DNA of 64,000 nt from an uncultured virus (IMG/VR IMGVR_UViG_3300025129_000011) (lineage: Duplodnaviria > Heunggongvirae > Uroviricota > Caudoviricetes). Position 1 is the first letter of the stretch. Each line of letters starts with the position of its first letter. The stretch lies in the IMG/VR virus record IMGVR_UViG_3300025129_000011. One strand, given 5' to 3'. The translations under genes and the position numbers were made by a program. The notes under the pieces were generated by a model that did not search any database, was not told where the DNA came from, and saw nothing but the letters and a program-made list of their open reading frames with translations. Shown piece after piece: positions 1 through 11,600 of this stretch.

Positions 1-2313
1 ACACTACAAGGTACAAGATTAATATCTACACAAACAACAGGTACTGCACCATTTACAGTTGCTAGTACAACAGTAGTACCTAATCTTAATGCCGATTTGT
101 TAGATGGTGTACAAGGTTCTAGTTTTTTAAGAAGTGATGTGGCTGATACGAAAACATCAGGAAATTTAATATTCAATAATGATATTAGGCTTCAATTTGG
201 TAATACTCCAAATGTTGATTTAAGAAGTTTTTCTGGGGGGGATTTTGGTATTACTACTTATATTAGTACAGGAGACCCTAATATAGTATTTAAAAGGGAT
301 GCATCAATCCAGTTTACATTTAATATGCCATCTGGTAACTTCATAGCAACTGGTGAAATAAGAAATTTAGCAAATAAATTTTATATTGGAAATAGTGATA
401 CAAGAACTATTATAAGAGACAATAATAGTGGAGCTACTATCATATCTCAAAACCAAGTTGGGGGTGGAACTTTATTTTTCAGACCTAATAATGATGTTTC
501 ACCAGTTGGTCAAGCAACTCTTGAACCATCTGGTAACTTCATAGCAACTGGAGCAATATTTTCAAAAAATTCGATGACTATTGATAATGGTTTAGCCGAT
601 GGAGGCTCATTATCATTACGTTCTCTTGGATATAATAGTTGGGAATTTGATAACTTTTCTGGGGCTTTAAGAATGTTTCAAGGTGGAACTGTTAAACAGA
701 CAATATTAGAGAACGGTAATGTCGGTATTGGAACTAGTACACCTGATTATTTATTTGAAGTAGAAAACCCAAGCGGACCTGGTGCTTTTACAACTATAGC
801 TAATTTTAAATCAGGAACAGATGCTGATAATACAGGAGCTCAGATTAATGTTGGTATGAATTCGAGGGGCTGGTTCGTGAGAGCTGGTCGCAATGTTGGG
901 AATGTTGCAATATCAACTATGGGTCAAAGAGAATCTTACGGTTCTTTTGATTATATGACATTTAAAGGAGGTAATATAGGTATCGGTACTGCATCACCTA
1001 ATGAACTTTTAGAAGTTGCTGGTAGTACTGGTGCTACAATTAGAATAACAAGTACCAAAAATGGAACTTGGACAGTTGGTGAAGAATTAGGTGCGTTAGA
1101 GTTTTATGGTTCAGATACATCAGGAGCAGGAGCCAATGTAAAAGCATCTATTAGAGTTTCTGACTTTAACACTTTTGGAGCAGCTCATAATATGACATTC
1201 TATACAAATGGTGGTACTACTGAAGCCGAAAGAATGAGAATTACTGCTACTGGAAACGTAAGTATTGGTAACACAAATGATACTTACAAACTAGATGTAA
1301 GTGGTACTTGTAGGTTTACAGGAGCATTAAGAGCAGAAGGTAATATACAATTAGCTAGTGATGCATCAACAATCGTCAATGGTAATAATGCTAGTATATT
1401 AAGAAATAACGGTTCTTCAACTATTATTTCATCACAGAATAACATTATGTATTTCAGACCAGTTGGTGATGCTAGTACTACGGGTCAAGCAACTCTTGAT
1501 ACAGCAGGTAATTTTATAACAACTGGAGCAATAACTTCAAAAAATTCGATGACTATTGATAATGGTTTAGCTGATGGAGGCTCATTATCATTATTTTCTC
1601 TTGGACATAATAGTTGGCAATTTGATAACTTTTCTGGGGCTTTAAGAATGTTTCAAGGTGGAACTGTTAAACAGACAATATTAGAGAACGGTAATGTAGG
1701 TATTGGTACAACAACACCTCAATCAAGAATACACGTACAAAATAATTCTGACAATGCTAATATAGCGATGTTTAAAGGATTTTCAACAAATATCAATGAC
1801 GTAACTACAATTAGCGTTAATAATGGGTTTTCAACAGAATATGGTAAGCAAGTTAAGATAGGGGCGGTTGCTGAATCAGCAAGTTCTAATGCAACTGGAA
1901 TGGCTTTATTTACTTCACCTAATAGCAGCACAGCGTTAGAAAGAGTAAGAATTTCATCTGATGGTAACGTAGGTATTGGTACAACATCTCCAGCATACAA
2001 ACTAGATGTAACTGGTACAGGTAGGTTTACTGGGGATGTGACTGCCACAAATTTTGTGTTAAGCTCTGATAAAAGATTAAAAACAAAAATTAAAGATTTA
2101 GAAATTGAGCCTATTAATATTAATTGGAAACAATTTGAACTTAAATCAGAAGCTGGTCAAAAAAGGTATGGGGTAATAGCTCAAGAGTTAGAAAAAGACC
2201 ACCCTAGTTTTATTAGAACAAATGCTGAAGGTATGAAGTCTGTAGCATATATAGATTTACTTATTGCCAAGGTAGCTGAATTAGAAGCAAGAATAAATAA
2301 ATTAGAGAAATAA
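1..2313 (+). CDS. Tail fibre/spike with C-terminal peptidase S74 intramolecular chaperone (5'-truncated)
   Basis: Frame is open from base 1 (TLQGTRLISTQTTGTAPFTVAST..NLNADLLDG); repeated GNVGIGT motifs; C-terminal SSDKRLK..I..GVIAQEL..VAYIDL coiled coil typical of S74. Confidence 0.88.
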   Translation, partial: TLQGTRLISTQTTGTAPFTVASTTVVPNLNADLLDGVQGSSFLRSDVADTKTSGNLIFNNDIRLQFGNTPNVDLRSFSGGDFGITTYISTGDPNIVFKRDASIQFTFNMPSGNFIATGEIRNLANKFYIGNSDTRTIIRDNNSGATIISQNQVGGGTLFFRPNNDVSPVGQATLEPSGNFIATGAIFSKNSMTIDNGLADGGSLSLRSLGYNSWEFDNFSGALRMFQGGTVKQTILENGNVGIGTSTPDYLFEVENPSGPGAFTTIANFKSGTDADNTGAQINVGMNSRGWFVRAGRNVGNVAISTMGQRESYGSFDYMTFKGGNIGIGTASPNELLEVAGSTGATIRITSTKNGTWTVGEELGALEFYGSDTSGAGANVKASIRVSDFNTFGAAHNMTFYTNGGTTEAERMRITATGNVSIGNTNDTYKLDVSGTCRFTGALRAEGNIQLASDASTIVNGNNASILRNNGSSTIISSQNNIMYFRPVGDASTTGQATLDTAGNFITTGAITSKNSMTIDNGLADGGSLSLFSLGHNSWQFDNFSGALRMFQGGTVKQTILENGNVGIGTTTPQSRIHVQNNSDNANIAMFKGFSTNINDVTTISVNNGFSTEYGKQVKIGAVAESASSNATGMALFTSPNSSTALERVRISSDGNVGIGTTSPAYKLDVTGTGRFTGDVTATNFVLSSDKRLKTKIKDLEIEPININWKQFELKSEAGQKRYGVIAQELEKDHPSFIRTNAEGMKSVAYIDLLIAKVAELEARINKLEK
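546..1706 (+). repeat. ~185-bp near-identical internal duplication in the tail fibre (546-731 and 1521-1706)
   Basis: Both copies encode TGAI.SKNSMTIDNGLADGGSLSL.SLG.NSW.FDNFSGALRMFQGGTVKQTILENGNVGIG; offset 975 nt; about 8 mismatches. Confidence 0.9.
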
Positions 2314-2318
2314 TTATA

Positions 2319-2939
2319 ATGAAGAAATATCACTACTTATATATAACAGAAAATCTAATAAATAAAAAATTATATATTGGAGTACATTCTACTGATAATA
2401 TAGAAGATGGTTATTTAGGTTCTGGTATGAATATTTTACGAGCTATAAAAAAATATGGAAAAGAAAATTTTGAAAGAGAAATTATTGAGTTTTTTGATTC
2501 TAGGGAAGAGGTAGAAGAAGCAGAAAAATTAATTGTTAATAAATATGTAGTAGATTGTAATCTATTTTATAATTTAAAAGAGGGTGGATGCCTTCCTCCT
2601 ATAATGATAGGGAAAGATAATCCTATGTTTGGTAAAGAAAAAAATAAAGACACTAAATCTAAAATTTCTAATTCATTAAAAATATACCAAAGCAAAAATG
2701 GGTACAATAAACCTAATCTAGGTAAAAATTTTAGTGAAGAGTGGAAAGAAAATATAGGAAAAAGCCTAACTGGTAAAAAGAGACCAGAAATGTCAAGCAA
2801 AGTTTCTAGTCCAGTACAACATACTAAATTAAATATATTTTTTTCAAGCCTAAAAGAAGCTTGTGTAGTAATGGATATAAATTTAAGTACTGAGAGAGGT
2901 AGAATGTGGAGAAACAAATCTGATTTTAAATTTATATAA
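2319..2939 (+). CDS. Free-standing GIY-YIG homing endonuclease with NUMOD3-like motifs
   Basis: YLYITENLINKKLYIGVH..YLGSG..KYGKENF..YNLKEGG; NPMFGK and GKNFSEEWKENI motifs. Confidence 0.88.
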   Translation: MKKYHYLYITENLINKKLYIGVHSTDNIEDGYLGSGMNILRAIKKYGKENFEREIIEFFDSREEVEEAEKLIVNKYVVDCNLFYNLKEGGCLPPIMIGKDNPMFGKEKNKDTKSKISNSLKIYQSKNGYNKPNLGKNFSEEWKENIGKSLTGKKRPEMSSKVSSPVQHTKLNIFFSSLKEACVVMDINLSTERGRMWRNKSDFKFI

Positions 2940-2941
2940 AA

Positions 2942-3769
2942 ATGGTTCCAAATACAAATACATTTTCTTTACAAGATGTGGTAAATGAAATAATACCTAC
3001 TACAAATGATTTAGCTAGTTGTATTGCAGATGCTAATGCAAGTTTTTATGACCCAAGTTATTACACAGCACCGGCAACAAGTTTATTAGAGTTTAGAAAT
3101 TATGGAGCAATTTCAGTATTTCCAACTGTTAGCAACACTTCTGGTGGTATTAATAACGTTGGGGGGTTTGGAGGTTTTGCAGATATAACAATAGGTGCTT
3201 CTGATACAATAGCCATGATATTTATATCTGCATATTCTAATTTAGGCACTGTTAGTGTTACTGATGATAAAGGTGTTACTTGGAGTCTATATGGAACTCC
3301 TTCTAGTAAACAGGCCATTTATTACACTTCGGATTTAGCTACAACGGGTGTTAGAAGGATTACATATAGCCTTTCAGGTACTTTTTATAGTGCACACTTA
3401 GCTGCAACATTTATAAATAGTGCTAATACACCTTCTGGCACTTTTATAACTAACTCAAGTACTTCAAGTACCTCAGTATCTCAATCTTTTACCCCAGTAG
3501 TAGCTACTCCATCTCTTATATTATCTATTTATTTTTCTTATAGAGGTGGAGAAGTGGGCTCAGTATCTGAATTAGACCCAACATCTTATGGTACTGGACA
3601 AGTATTTATAGACTCGGAGGGAGCAGATGGGTCTGGTGGCCCTCCTGATTTTGTTACAACCTTAACTAAAGAAGAAAAGACATCAACATCAGCAGATACA
3701 CAATTATTTACAAATCTTATTACAAATGATAATAAGTTTATTATGTCTGTTGGTCTTAATGGAATTTAA
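2942..3769 (+). CDS. Putative virion/tail-associated protein
   Basis: Ser/Thr-rich, beta-rich; follows the S74 fibre; N-terminal VPNTNTFSLQDV. Confidence 0.5.
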   Translation: MVPNTNTFSLQDVVNEIIPTTNDLASCIADANASFYDPSYYTAPATSLLEFRNYGAISVFPTVSNTSGGINNVGGFGGFADITIGASDTIAMIFISAYSNLGTVSVTDDKGVTWSLYGTPSSKQAIYYTSDLATTGVRRITYSLSGTFYSAHLAATFINSANTPSGTFITNSSTSSTSVSQSFTPVVATPSLILSIYFSYRGGEVGSVSELDPTSYGTGQVFIDSEGADGSGGPPDFVTTLTKEEKTSTSADTQLFTNLITNDNKFIMSVGLNGI

Positions 3770-3849
3770 CATAAAATAAAAAATAAGCTCTTAATTTTCC
3801 GTAAAGGATTTTTAACTATTTTTGTAAATAAATCTAAATCAAATCTAAA

Positions 3850-4083
3850 ATGCAAAAAAACATTAGAAAATTAATAGTTGGGGATAACTACTCTTACAAT
3901 ATTAAATATGTAAAAGGTGCTGAATACAAAGTAGGTACTAAAAAGTGTATAATAACAGACTTCATTATAAATGAAGAAACAAACAGTATAGATATTTACG
4001 TAACTGACGGAGATTCAAAATTCTTATGGAAAACTATCGGCTCAATTCCCTTAGAGGTAGAGTACGATGTAAACTTTTCATAA
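3850..4083 (+). CDS. Small conserved phage protein
   Basis: IRKLIVGDNY..WK..VEYD pattern recalled from Flavobacteria phage ORFs found upstream of a GroES-like gene. Confidence 0.5.
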   Translation: MQKNIRKLIVGDNYSYNIKYVKGAEYKVGTKKCIITDFIINEETNSIDIYVTDGDSKFLWKTIGSIPLEVEYDVNFS

Positions 4084-4084
4084 C

Positions 4085-4317
4085 ATGAAAGCTACATTAT
4101 ATTTTCTTGTAGAAGTAACAAATGATTACAATAACTACGAGACTCTTTCTAATGGATTAGAGGTGATGACTAATAATACAATAGAGAGTGTAGAAAACGT
4201 AAATAGAATAGTATTGGATTACCTGTCAACGCCAATACCAAAAAATTGGTTAAATGGTTATTTCTTAATAACGTTTATTTAGGTTGTGAACCTATCGGGG
4301 CTCAATTCTCATTTTAA
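4085..4317 (+). pseudogene. Chimeric scar: truncated 5' part of a possible GroES-like gene joined to the 3' end of another gene
   Basis: MKATLYFLVEV..YNN..NNTIE..VNRI breaks near 4208; a start-less frame 4207-4317 (SIGLPVNANTKKLVKWLFLNNVYLGCEPIGAQFSF*) follows. Confidence 0.45.
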
Positions 4318-4372
4318 TCAATATATATCGTATTAAAGGTGTAAAGCTCATATTTATATAGAAATAGGGTTT

Positions 4373-5581
4373 ATGGCTTTTGTAACCAAAGTAGACTATT
4401 CCGATAATAGACAAATAAAACAGTATCTTCTTACGGATACACAACTTTCTGGTACAACCACTTTTGGTATTGCCGATGCATTGATACCAATGAATGTTAG
4501 TGGTGATACTATTAATATTGATGCCTTACAATATATTCAAGCTAGAGGTATTATTTTACCAAATTCATTACCCTTATTTACTGGTGCTACATCACAAATA
4601 TTAGGTAGGGATAACGATACTGGTAAAATTGTTGAAATTGAACTCAGTGGGGTTACCTTTACTGGTGGTAGTGATTATGTAGTTTCTAGTTCATTTAATA
4701 TAGGTACTGGTGATTTAACTTTAACTAGAGTTTCAGGTGGGACTGTTATTACAAATTTAGATGGTCGTTATTTAACTGGTACTACTGAAATCGTAGAGTC
4801 AATTGCTAACCCTTTAAATGTTTATTTTGCAAACAGAGTTAAACCTGTTTCAGATAATGAAGGATTTTATGTTAATGCGTCATCAAATAAAGATTCTGGA
4901 TATCTTGTAAATAATACTGACACCGTGGGCAATGCAGCGTTAGCTGGTTTTAGAGCTACAGTTAATGGAGACCCTTTTGGTAATGGTTTTTATTTTGGAG
5001 TTCCAAATACTAATTATTTTGCGCCATGGTTAAGGGAGCATGGAATAATAACGGGTAAAGATTTAAATATAATGGTCGGCACCAACGCTGGTACGATAAG
5101 CTTTTCACAAGGTAATACGAGTACTAACCAAATAACAGAAGCTCAACAAGATAAAGTTTTACTCTTTAATACCGATAGAACCATTGTAGCACCAAGTTTA
5201 AGTAAAACGTTAATTGAGGGTGAGTCAAGTGGTAGAATATTAACTACTAGAGAATTTTTAGAAAGTAATTATGTTAAAATAGGTAAAAGGATTATAGTTA
5301 GTGGTGCAACATCTTATAATTTTGACCATTCACTAGCTACTGATTGGAAATTTTACATGACAGGTGCAACCACATTTTCAGATAGTAATTTACCATCAGG
5401 TGATACTATAATCGAATTTACTGTAAAATTAACTGGTAATTTTACAGTAACTTGGCCAGTATATTGGGATGTTATTGGGGATACATACGATGGTACTATT
5501 TGGAACTTTATAGTGGTACGGGTACATGATGGAAATTCTGGGACTGAAGAGGTTACGGCCTTAATTTCAAATATAGTGTAA
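4373..5581 (+). CDS. Putative virion structural/fibre protein
   Basis: S/G/T-rich; GDLTLTRVSGGTVITNLDGRY fibre-like motif; TATTTATA upstream. Confidence 0.55.
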   Translation: MAFVTKVDYSDNRQIKQYLLTDTQLSGTTTFGIADALIPMNVSGDTINIDALQYIQARGIILPNSLPLFTGATSQILGRDNDTGKIVEIELSGVTFTGGSDYVVSSSFNIGTGDLTLTRVSGGTVITNLDGRYLTGTTEIVESIANPLNVYFANRVKPVSDNEGFYVNASSNKDSGYLVNNTDTVGNAALAGFRATVNGDPFGNGFYFGVPNTNYFAPWLREHGIITGKDLNIMVGTNAGTISFSQGNTSTNQITEAQQDKVLLFNTDRTIVAPSLSKTLIEGESSGRILTTREFLESNYVKIGKRIIVSGATSYNFDHSLATDWKFYMTGATTFSDSNLPSGDTIIEFTVKLTGNFTVTWPVYWDVIGDTYDGTIWNFIVVRVHDGNSGTEEVTALISNIV

Positions 5582-5691
5582 TTGGGAGAACAAGGTTAAT
5601 CATTTATTACATGTGGTATTTAAGTTTTATAATAAAAGCCTATAAAAATGTGTTTTAGAATAAAAAATTAACTATTTATAAAAAAAGATAA

Positions 5692-7422
5692 ATGACTAAT
5701 ATAAAGAATTATAATTTTAGTAGAATTGATTACCGAGTGAGTGATAGTGAATATTATGACTTTTATTTGTGTAGTGATAGTGCAAGTGTGTATATCAGTG
5801 ATTTTGATTTTATATCTGATTTTGACGTTGAAGATTTTTTCTACTCTGATTTTAAATTAGATAATAGCCCTAGTGATTATTTGATTTCTTCATTTAATTT
5901 CAGTTCAGATAACCAATTAATTTCATTAATTAATAGTGCTAACACAAAAAGTAGTGTTTTTATACCTTTAAGTAGTACCTTTACGGCCTCTACATACGGT
6001 TTAACGGGGTTAGATAATGGAAGCATACCTTATACACCAGAAACCGATGATTTCGCTCATAATGAGCTTATAAATACTTTAACGGGTAGTTCATTGGTGA
6101 TTACTGGTGACACTGCATTAAAATTAAATAAAGTTACTGGTTATACAGGTCAATTCGTATACCCAACTGAATTAATAACAACAGGTACCACTGCATACAT
6201 AAATTTTTGTGGGGGATTTTATCAAGGGTTTTATAAATTGGATGGTTATGACTATGAAGTTTTGCCTAATAGATACCAAAAAGGTTGGACTATCGAGACT
6301 TGGTTAAATAAATCAGATAATATATGTAGTGGTACAACAGGTAACACATTAAATGATGAATATCCAGAAAATAAAGGATTTTTTTATTATGTCGGTACAA
6401 GGGCTGAAAATAAATTCTGGAATATATTTACTGGAAACACTCTTTCCGCTTGTACTTCAGGCGCAACGTCTGGGTTCTGTACAGATATTAAAGAAATTGA
6501 TGTTAATATAAATAATGTTACGGTTGATGGTAGTGGTAGTACTTTAAGTGTACCTATAAGCCCACCACCTATTGATATTAAACAAATAAAGAATAATTTC
6601 TTAATATTTGGTAGGTCTGAAGGTACGTTATGTAATAATACCCCATCAAAAGATGGTTATGGGCAAGTAAGAGCTGGTAGAGATTTCGATAAAAATAAAA
6701 TATATTATTCAAGAATTATTAGAGAAGAAACAACCAATTTCTTAAATCCATTTTTAATATTTGGTAGGTCTGAAGGTACATTATGTACTAATCAACCATC
6801 TTCAGATGGTTATGGTCAAGTAAGAGCTGGTAGAGATTTTTCAGGTATGACAACCCCTATATTAGAATTAGATAAAGATACTGATTTAATTGGTAACGCA
6901 CTAGGGTTTAGAATTACTGATGATGGTCGTATTGGTTATAGGTTATTAGCGGTTTCAGCTGATTGTAAATCGGTTGATGTGATTGAGGAATATTCTGCTA
7001 GTGGTACTGTTACTGCGGATAAATGGACACATATCACAGTTAAATGGGTTAATAATGATACTTATAATGCGTGTGATTTAATAAATGCTGGACCTAGAAA
7101 GGGTAAATATAAGTTTTATGTAAACTCTATGTTGGTTTTTATTTCACAAGAATTAGATGAAATAATACCTAAAAGGTTGGCTGATTTAATGGAAAAACAA
7201 CTGGGTGTACCATATAATATAAGTATTGGTGGTGGTTCACAAGGGTTATTAGAAAGTATAACATTCGATGGGCAAGACCCTGATGATTTAGGTTTAATAA
7301 TAGAACAAAATTTTGCTGGAACGTTTATTGGTTCAATTTCAAGTTTTAAGATTTACTATAAAAATTTAAGTTGGTGTGAAATTAAAGAGACGTATAATAG
7401 TAACTTATCTAATTATTTATAA
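5692..7422 (+). CDS. Virion protein with LamG/concanavalin-like features and an internal 30-aa duplication
   Basis: WTIETW, KWTHITV, YVNS, GSISSFKIY motifs; FLIFGRSEGTLC....S.DGYGQVRAGRDF occurs twice. Confidence 0.55.
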   Translation: MTNIKNYNFSRIDYRVSDSEYYDFYLCSDSASVYISDFDFISDFDVEDFFYSDFKLDNSPSDYLISSFNFSSDNQLISLINSANTKSSVFIPLSSTFTASTYGLTGLDNGSIPYTPETDDFAHNELINTLTGSSLVITGDTALKLNKVTGYTGQFVYPTELITTGTTAYINFCGGFYQGFYKLDGYDYEVLPNRYQKGWTIETWLNKSDNICSGTTGNTLNDEYPENKGFFYYVGTRAENKFWNIFTGNTLSACTSGATSGFCTDIKEIDVNINNVTVDGSGSTLSVPISPPPIDIKQIKNNFLIFGRSEGTLCNNTPSKDGYGQVRAGRDFDKNKIYYSRIIREETTNFLNPFLIFGRSEGTLCTNQPSSDGYGQVRAGRDFSGMTTPILELDKDTDLIGNALGFRITDDGRIGYRLLAVSADCKSVDVIEEYSASGTVTADKWTHITVKWVNNDTYNACDLINAGPRKGKYKFYVNSMLVFISQELDEIIPKRLADLMEKQLGVPYNISIGGGSQGLLESITFDGQDPDDLGLIIEQNFAGTFIGSISSFKIYYKNLSWCEIKETYNSNLSNYL

Positions 7423-7460
7423 CGTTAATAGGTTAAAGAGTATATTTATAATAAAAGATT

Positions 7461-8636
7461 ATGGCAGCATTAGATTTATATAAAGATAGAATATTTACAC
7501 AATTTAAACACTCATTAGGGGCACCTATAAGGGATATTGAGTTGTTGGATGAAATGTTATGTACATTTTTAGAGATAGCTACTGAGGACTATTCTATGTA
7601 TGTTCAACAATGGTTAATTGAACATCAATGGCAATCATTGTTAGGTAAGAACGTAGATACTACAGATATGGCATTTGCTTTAAGTGTGCGTGATTTCGAT
7701 TTTGTTACTCAATATACTTATGCCTATTCTAAACAAACTGGGTTACAAGCGAGAGGTCCATGGGAACTTAAGAAAGATTTTATTGAAGTTGAAGCTGGTA
7801 GACAAGTATATGTGATTCCAGCTGGTAGAGAAGTTAATGAAGTGTTATGGATGACTCCACCAACTACTGATGCCGCATTATTTGCCAATTATGGTGGTTT
7901 TGACGCTGGTTATGGTGGTGGTTTTGCACAAATGGGTATTGGTCATGCGGCCAACGGTGCTTCAGGTGCTGGTGCTGGTGGTGGATATTACGTTGCCCCA
8001 GCTTTCGATGTATTATTAACAGCTTCAGATTTCAACTTAAAAAATAGATTACTTAGAAGTGAATTAGCATATAAAATAACCGCTGGCCCTAATGGTACAA
8101 GATTATTACACCTTATGAGTACACCAGGTTCTAGATTATCATTTGGTGGTGCTGGTGTAGGTGCTGGTGCGGGTGCTGGTGCGGGTCCTACAGCTGTAGG
8201 TTTACAAGGTTGTAAAGTTTGGTATCATTATTATGACACTGGTGTTGACCCAGAAGCAATAAAGGAATGTAGAAAACTAAACCCTGATATAATTACATTA
8301 CCAAATGAGGTCCCATTATCTAAATTAGATTTTTCTCAATTTAATGAACCAACTAAAGTATTAGTAAGACAGTTATTCATGGCTGAAGCTAAAAAAGCTT
8401 TAGGTAGAACTAGAGGTAAATTTGGTGGTATTGTTGGACCACCTGAAGCTGAAAGGACTATGGATTATGAAACTCTTATTTCTGAAGGTAACGAAGAAAA
8501 GAGATATACTTTAGAAAGGTTAGATAAGCAACTTGAAAGATTAGGTAGTGAAAAACAACTTGAGAGGGCTGCCAACGAAGCTGAGAATTTAAATAAACAC
8601 CTTCGTTATCGCCCTTTGGGAATTTATTGGCATTAA
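7461..8636 (+). CDS. Neck/head-tail adaptor (T4 gp13-like)
   Basis: LGAPIRDIEL N-terminus; LGRTRGKF..L.SEG..E C-terminus; Gly/Ala-rich inserts. Confidence 0.65.
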   Translation: MAALDLYKDRIFTQFKHSLGAPIRDIELLDEMLCTFLEIATEDYSMYVQQWLIEHQWQSLLGKNVDTTDMAFALSVRDFDFVTQYTYAYSKQTGLQARGPWELKKDFIEVEAGRQVYVIPAGREVNEVLWMTPPTTDAALFANYGGFDAGYGGGFAQMGIGHAANGASGAGAGGGYYVAPAFDVLLTASDFNLKNRLLRSELAYKITAGPNGTRLLHLMSTPGSRLSFGGAGVGAGAGAGAGPTAVGLQGCKVWYHYYDTGVDPEAIKECRKLNPDIITLPNEVPLSKLDFSQFNEPTKVLVRQLFMAEAKKALGRTRGKFGGIVGPPEAERTMDYETLISEGNEEKRYTLERLDKQLERLGSEKQLERAANEAENLNKHLRYRPLGIYWH

Positions 8637-8647
8637 ACAAAAAGAGG

Positions 8648-11600
8648 TCAATTGACCTCTTTTTCTGTTTCTAACGCTACTTTATAGTCTTCTAATACCA
8701 ACTCAACACCAGCTAAATCCAATTCTTTCTTAATCTTAAGAGCTTTTTTATCATCACCCTCTTTTCTAGCCTCAATCCAAAGGTGCGTTAACCAAAATTC
8801 GAAAGTTTTTTCTTTTCTAAGAGTTAGGGTTTGATAAAATTTTTGTCTTTGTGCCGCCCAAGGCTCATATTTTAAAATATCAGTAACACAACATAAATCA
8901 ATTTCCCATTCTTTTGATTTGACATATATATTTGGTTTTCCATTTTCATCATCATGTACTGTAAATTCAGCTAAATTTTCTAAAGCTTTAGGTAATTTAG
9001 TGGTTTTCTTCATTTTTTGAATCTCATCATACTCTAATCGTTTAATGATTTCACGGGTTTTAGATTTCTCAAACTTAATACCTTCAATCCTACGAATCCT
9101 TTCACGCTCATGATAATCTTCTTGAATTTGTTTCCAATCCATGTTTAATTCTTCAAGATTATTTGGTATTTTATTGACTCTAATCCAAAATTGAATTTCC
9201 TTATCTTCCATTTCCATCAATTCAGCTAAAGTATTTTGGTCACCATCTTTGAACGCAGTACCACTATGTAACTCACACTCTTTTTTGGTAAATACTTTCC
9301 TTTCAGTTAACTCCATTTCTTTCGTTTTCTTATTTTTTACCATATCCATTAGAATACCTTCTCTGATTTCAGGTTTAAAACATACTAACAATGGATGAAT
9401 CCTTTTATTGAAGGCATCTAAGTATTTAGGTACGTTATATTCATCAGTTGTTAAATTAGGGTTATTTTCAATTTGCTCAGTTGGAATTAATTTACATTGC
9501 AGATTTATTGTTCTCTCACCAGTTTCTTTATTCGTTACAACTTTAACATCACCATGACTTTTAACCGTACCTGTATTAACGTAATATACTGTATCACCTA
9601 AATTAGCTTTGATATTGTTGGCTATCAATAATTCCATATGAGCTTTTTTAGCTTTTAAATTACCAGCTATTGTAGTTGTTTTCATATCAGTCATATAAGA
9701 AGATATTGAATCTTTAACATTAGCTTTTGAAGCTATTTTAACTAATGGGATTCTAAAATTATAGATATCATCAACCGTTCTGTTGTATAAATCAATAAAA
9801 CTTTCACCATCACCGTTTAAAAGATATTTAATCCCTTCATCTAGGAAATCTTCAATATAACCTGGCATCTTAGACGATTTAATAGTGTTACCAACCAACT
9901 TTGTTTTACCACCAATAAAGTTAGCATAATTTTTTCTAGAGAAATTAATTGTTGATGAACAAATATCATCAATATCTAATCCCATTCTACCAATCATAAA
10001 TAATTCATTGAATTTGGCCACTACAGCGTCTAAACCTACAAGGATTTTACCTTTATCTTTTTCAGTAAATCTATGAGTACCTTTAGGTATGTAAGTATGT
10101 TTACTAACATCTTTTGGAATTGCGAAGTTGAATCCATCGGTATTCTTTAAATTAACACCTCCAATACCACCTATGAAAGTCCCATCCTCAGTTGATATAT
10201 CATAAACGTAATTTTCTTTATCTCTATTTAAAATTTCTTCATTTTTCCAAACCTCATTCGCTTGCATTATCGTTTTATCGGTAAACTCAGAATTATTACG
10301 ATTACTATTTCTTAATTTAAATGATATGAAATTCTCTTTATCTTTACGAAGTTTTAATTTGTATTGAACTCCTAAACAATTCAAAAGATACCCAATACCC
10401 GACATCGCAACTTGTGATTTCATACCAATATCAGAAACCGTTTCCATATCATTACCATACCCATCAGAAGCGCAAACACCATCCATGAAAGCTTTTTTAT
10501 TTTCTAAAGTAGTATTTAAAACAAATGTTGGTACTTTCTTTTCTCTATAACTAGTATAAAAATCCTCACAGAACCTTTGACTAAAATCAGTTTTATACAC
10601 CACAAGGTTATAAACACCACTACTTTTACGATGGTCTTTAATCCTTGGTTTAACATCCCAAAAAGCCCAATTTTCTTCAATAATGGATTTTAATTTCTCA
10701 AGGTTTTCCAAATTATTACTAGATATTTTCCACTCACCTCTCACTCCTTTATTTATATGAGTTTCACCAGTTTTACGAGATTTATAATATTGTTTCCTTG
10801 ACCCATATATCGCAGAACCATCCCCTAAGAAATATCCTAGTAACCAATAAAAATCAGTTCTAGTCTCAGGGAAAGTATCTGTATTATGCTGTGGTAATTG
10901 GTGAACGTCTATTAAATCACCCCTTTTAAGTGAAGATGGTTTAACTTGAATTCCATTTTGGAATAAAGAGTGGTCTTCAGTAACGCAAACTAATCTATCT
11001 TTAGTGGAAACTCTATGAATTTGTTTTTGAGTTTCATGTTTATAAACATAATTAATTTCTTTCCAACCATTAACAGTTAAAACTTCATAAGGTTTAGTCT
11101 CATAATCTCTAATTTCTTCTTCATCAATAGAATTCGAATTAGGGTTATATAAATCACAAATAGGTAAAATATCAATTGCCCCATTATCTTTCCATTTTAT
11201 ATAAATTGGCGTGTTAAAAGTAACAGAATCACCAACCAGAGGTCTAAAATCATAATCCATAAAGAATTTAACCATCAATCTCAAATATTGTCTTCCTCTA
11301 CATGTTGTTTCTTCAGCACAATTAATATCACCCCAGTTAAAGATATTTGGTGCCCCTAGTGAACCAAAGAATGAGTTACCAAGAATTTTAATTGGTAATT
11401 GTTTCTTATCGTACATACTAGCTAAACTACTTTCTTTTTCTATTTGAGATTCTAGTAATTCAAAATCTTCTTTAGGTAATTTATCACCATTAGCTTTCTT
11501 AAAGTCTTTTAATTTAGATAATTCACCTTTATGATGGTTCATTAGATTTTTAAATTTATCCCTTGTTGAAGCGATATAAATTAACATACCTTTCATTACT

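Noticed and set aside
546..1706. Tail-fibre repeat as a DGR template/variable pair
   Set aside because: Mismatches are not adenine-specific, both copies are in frame within one gene, and no reverse transcriptase is present
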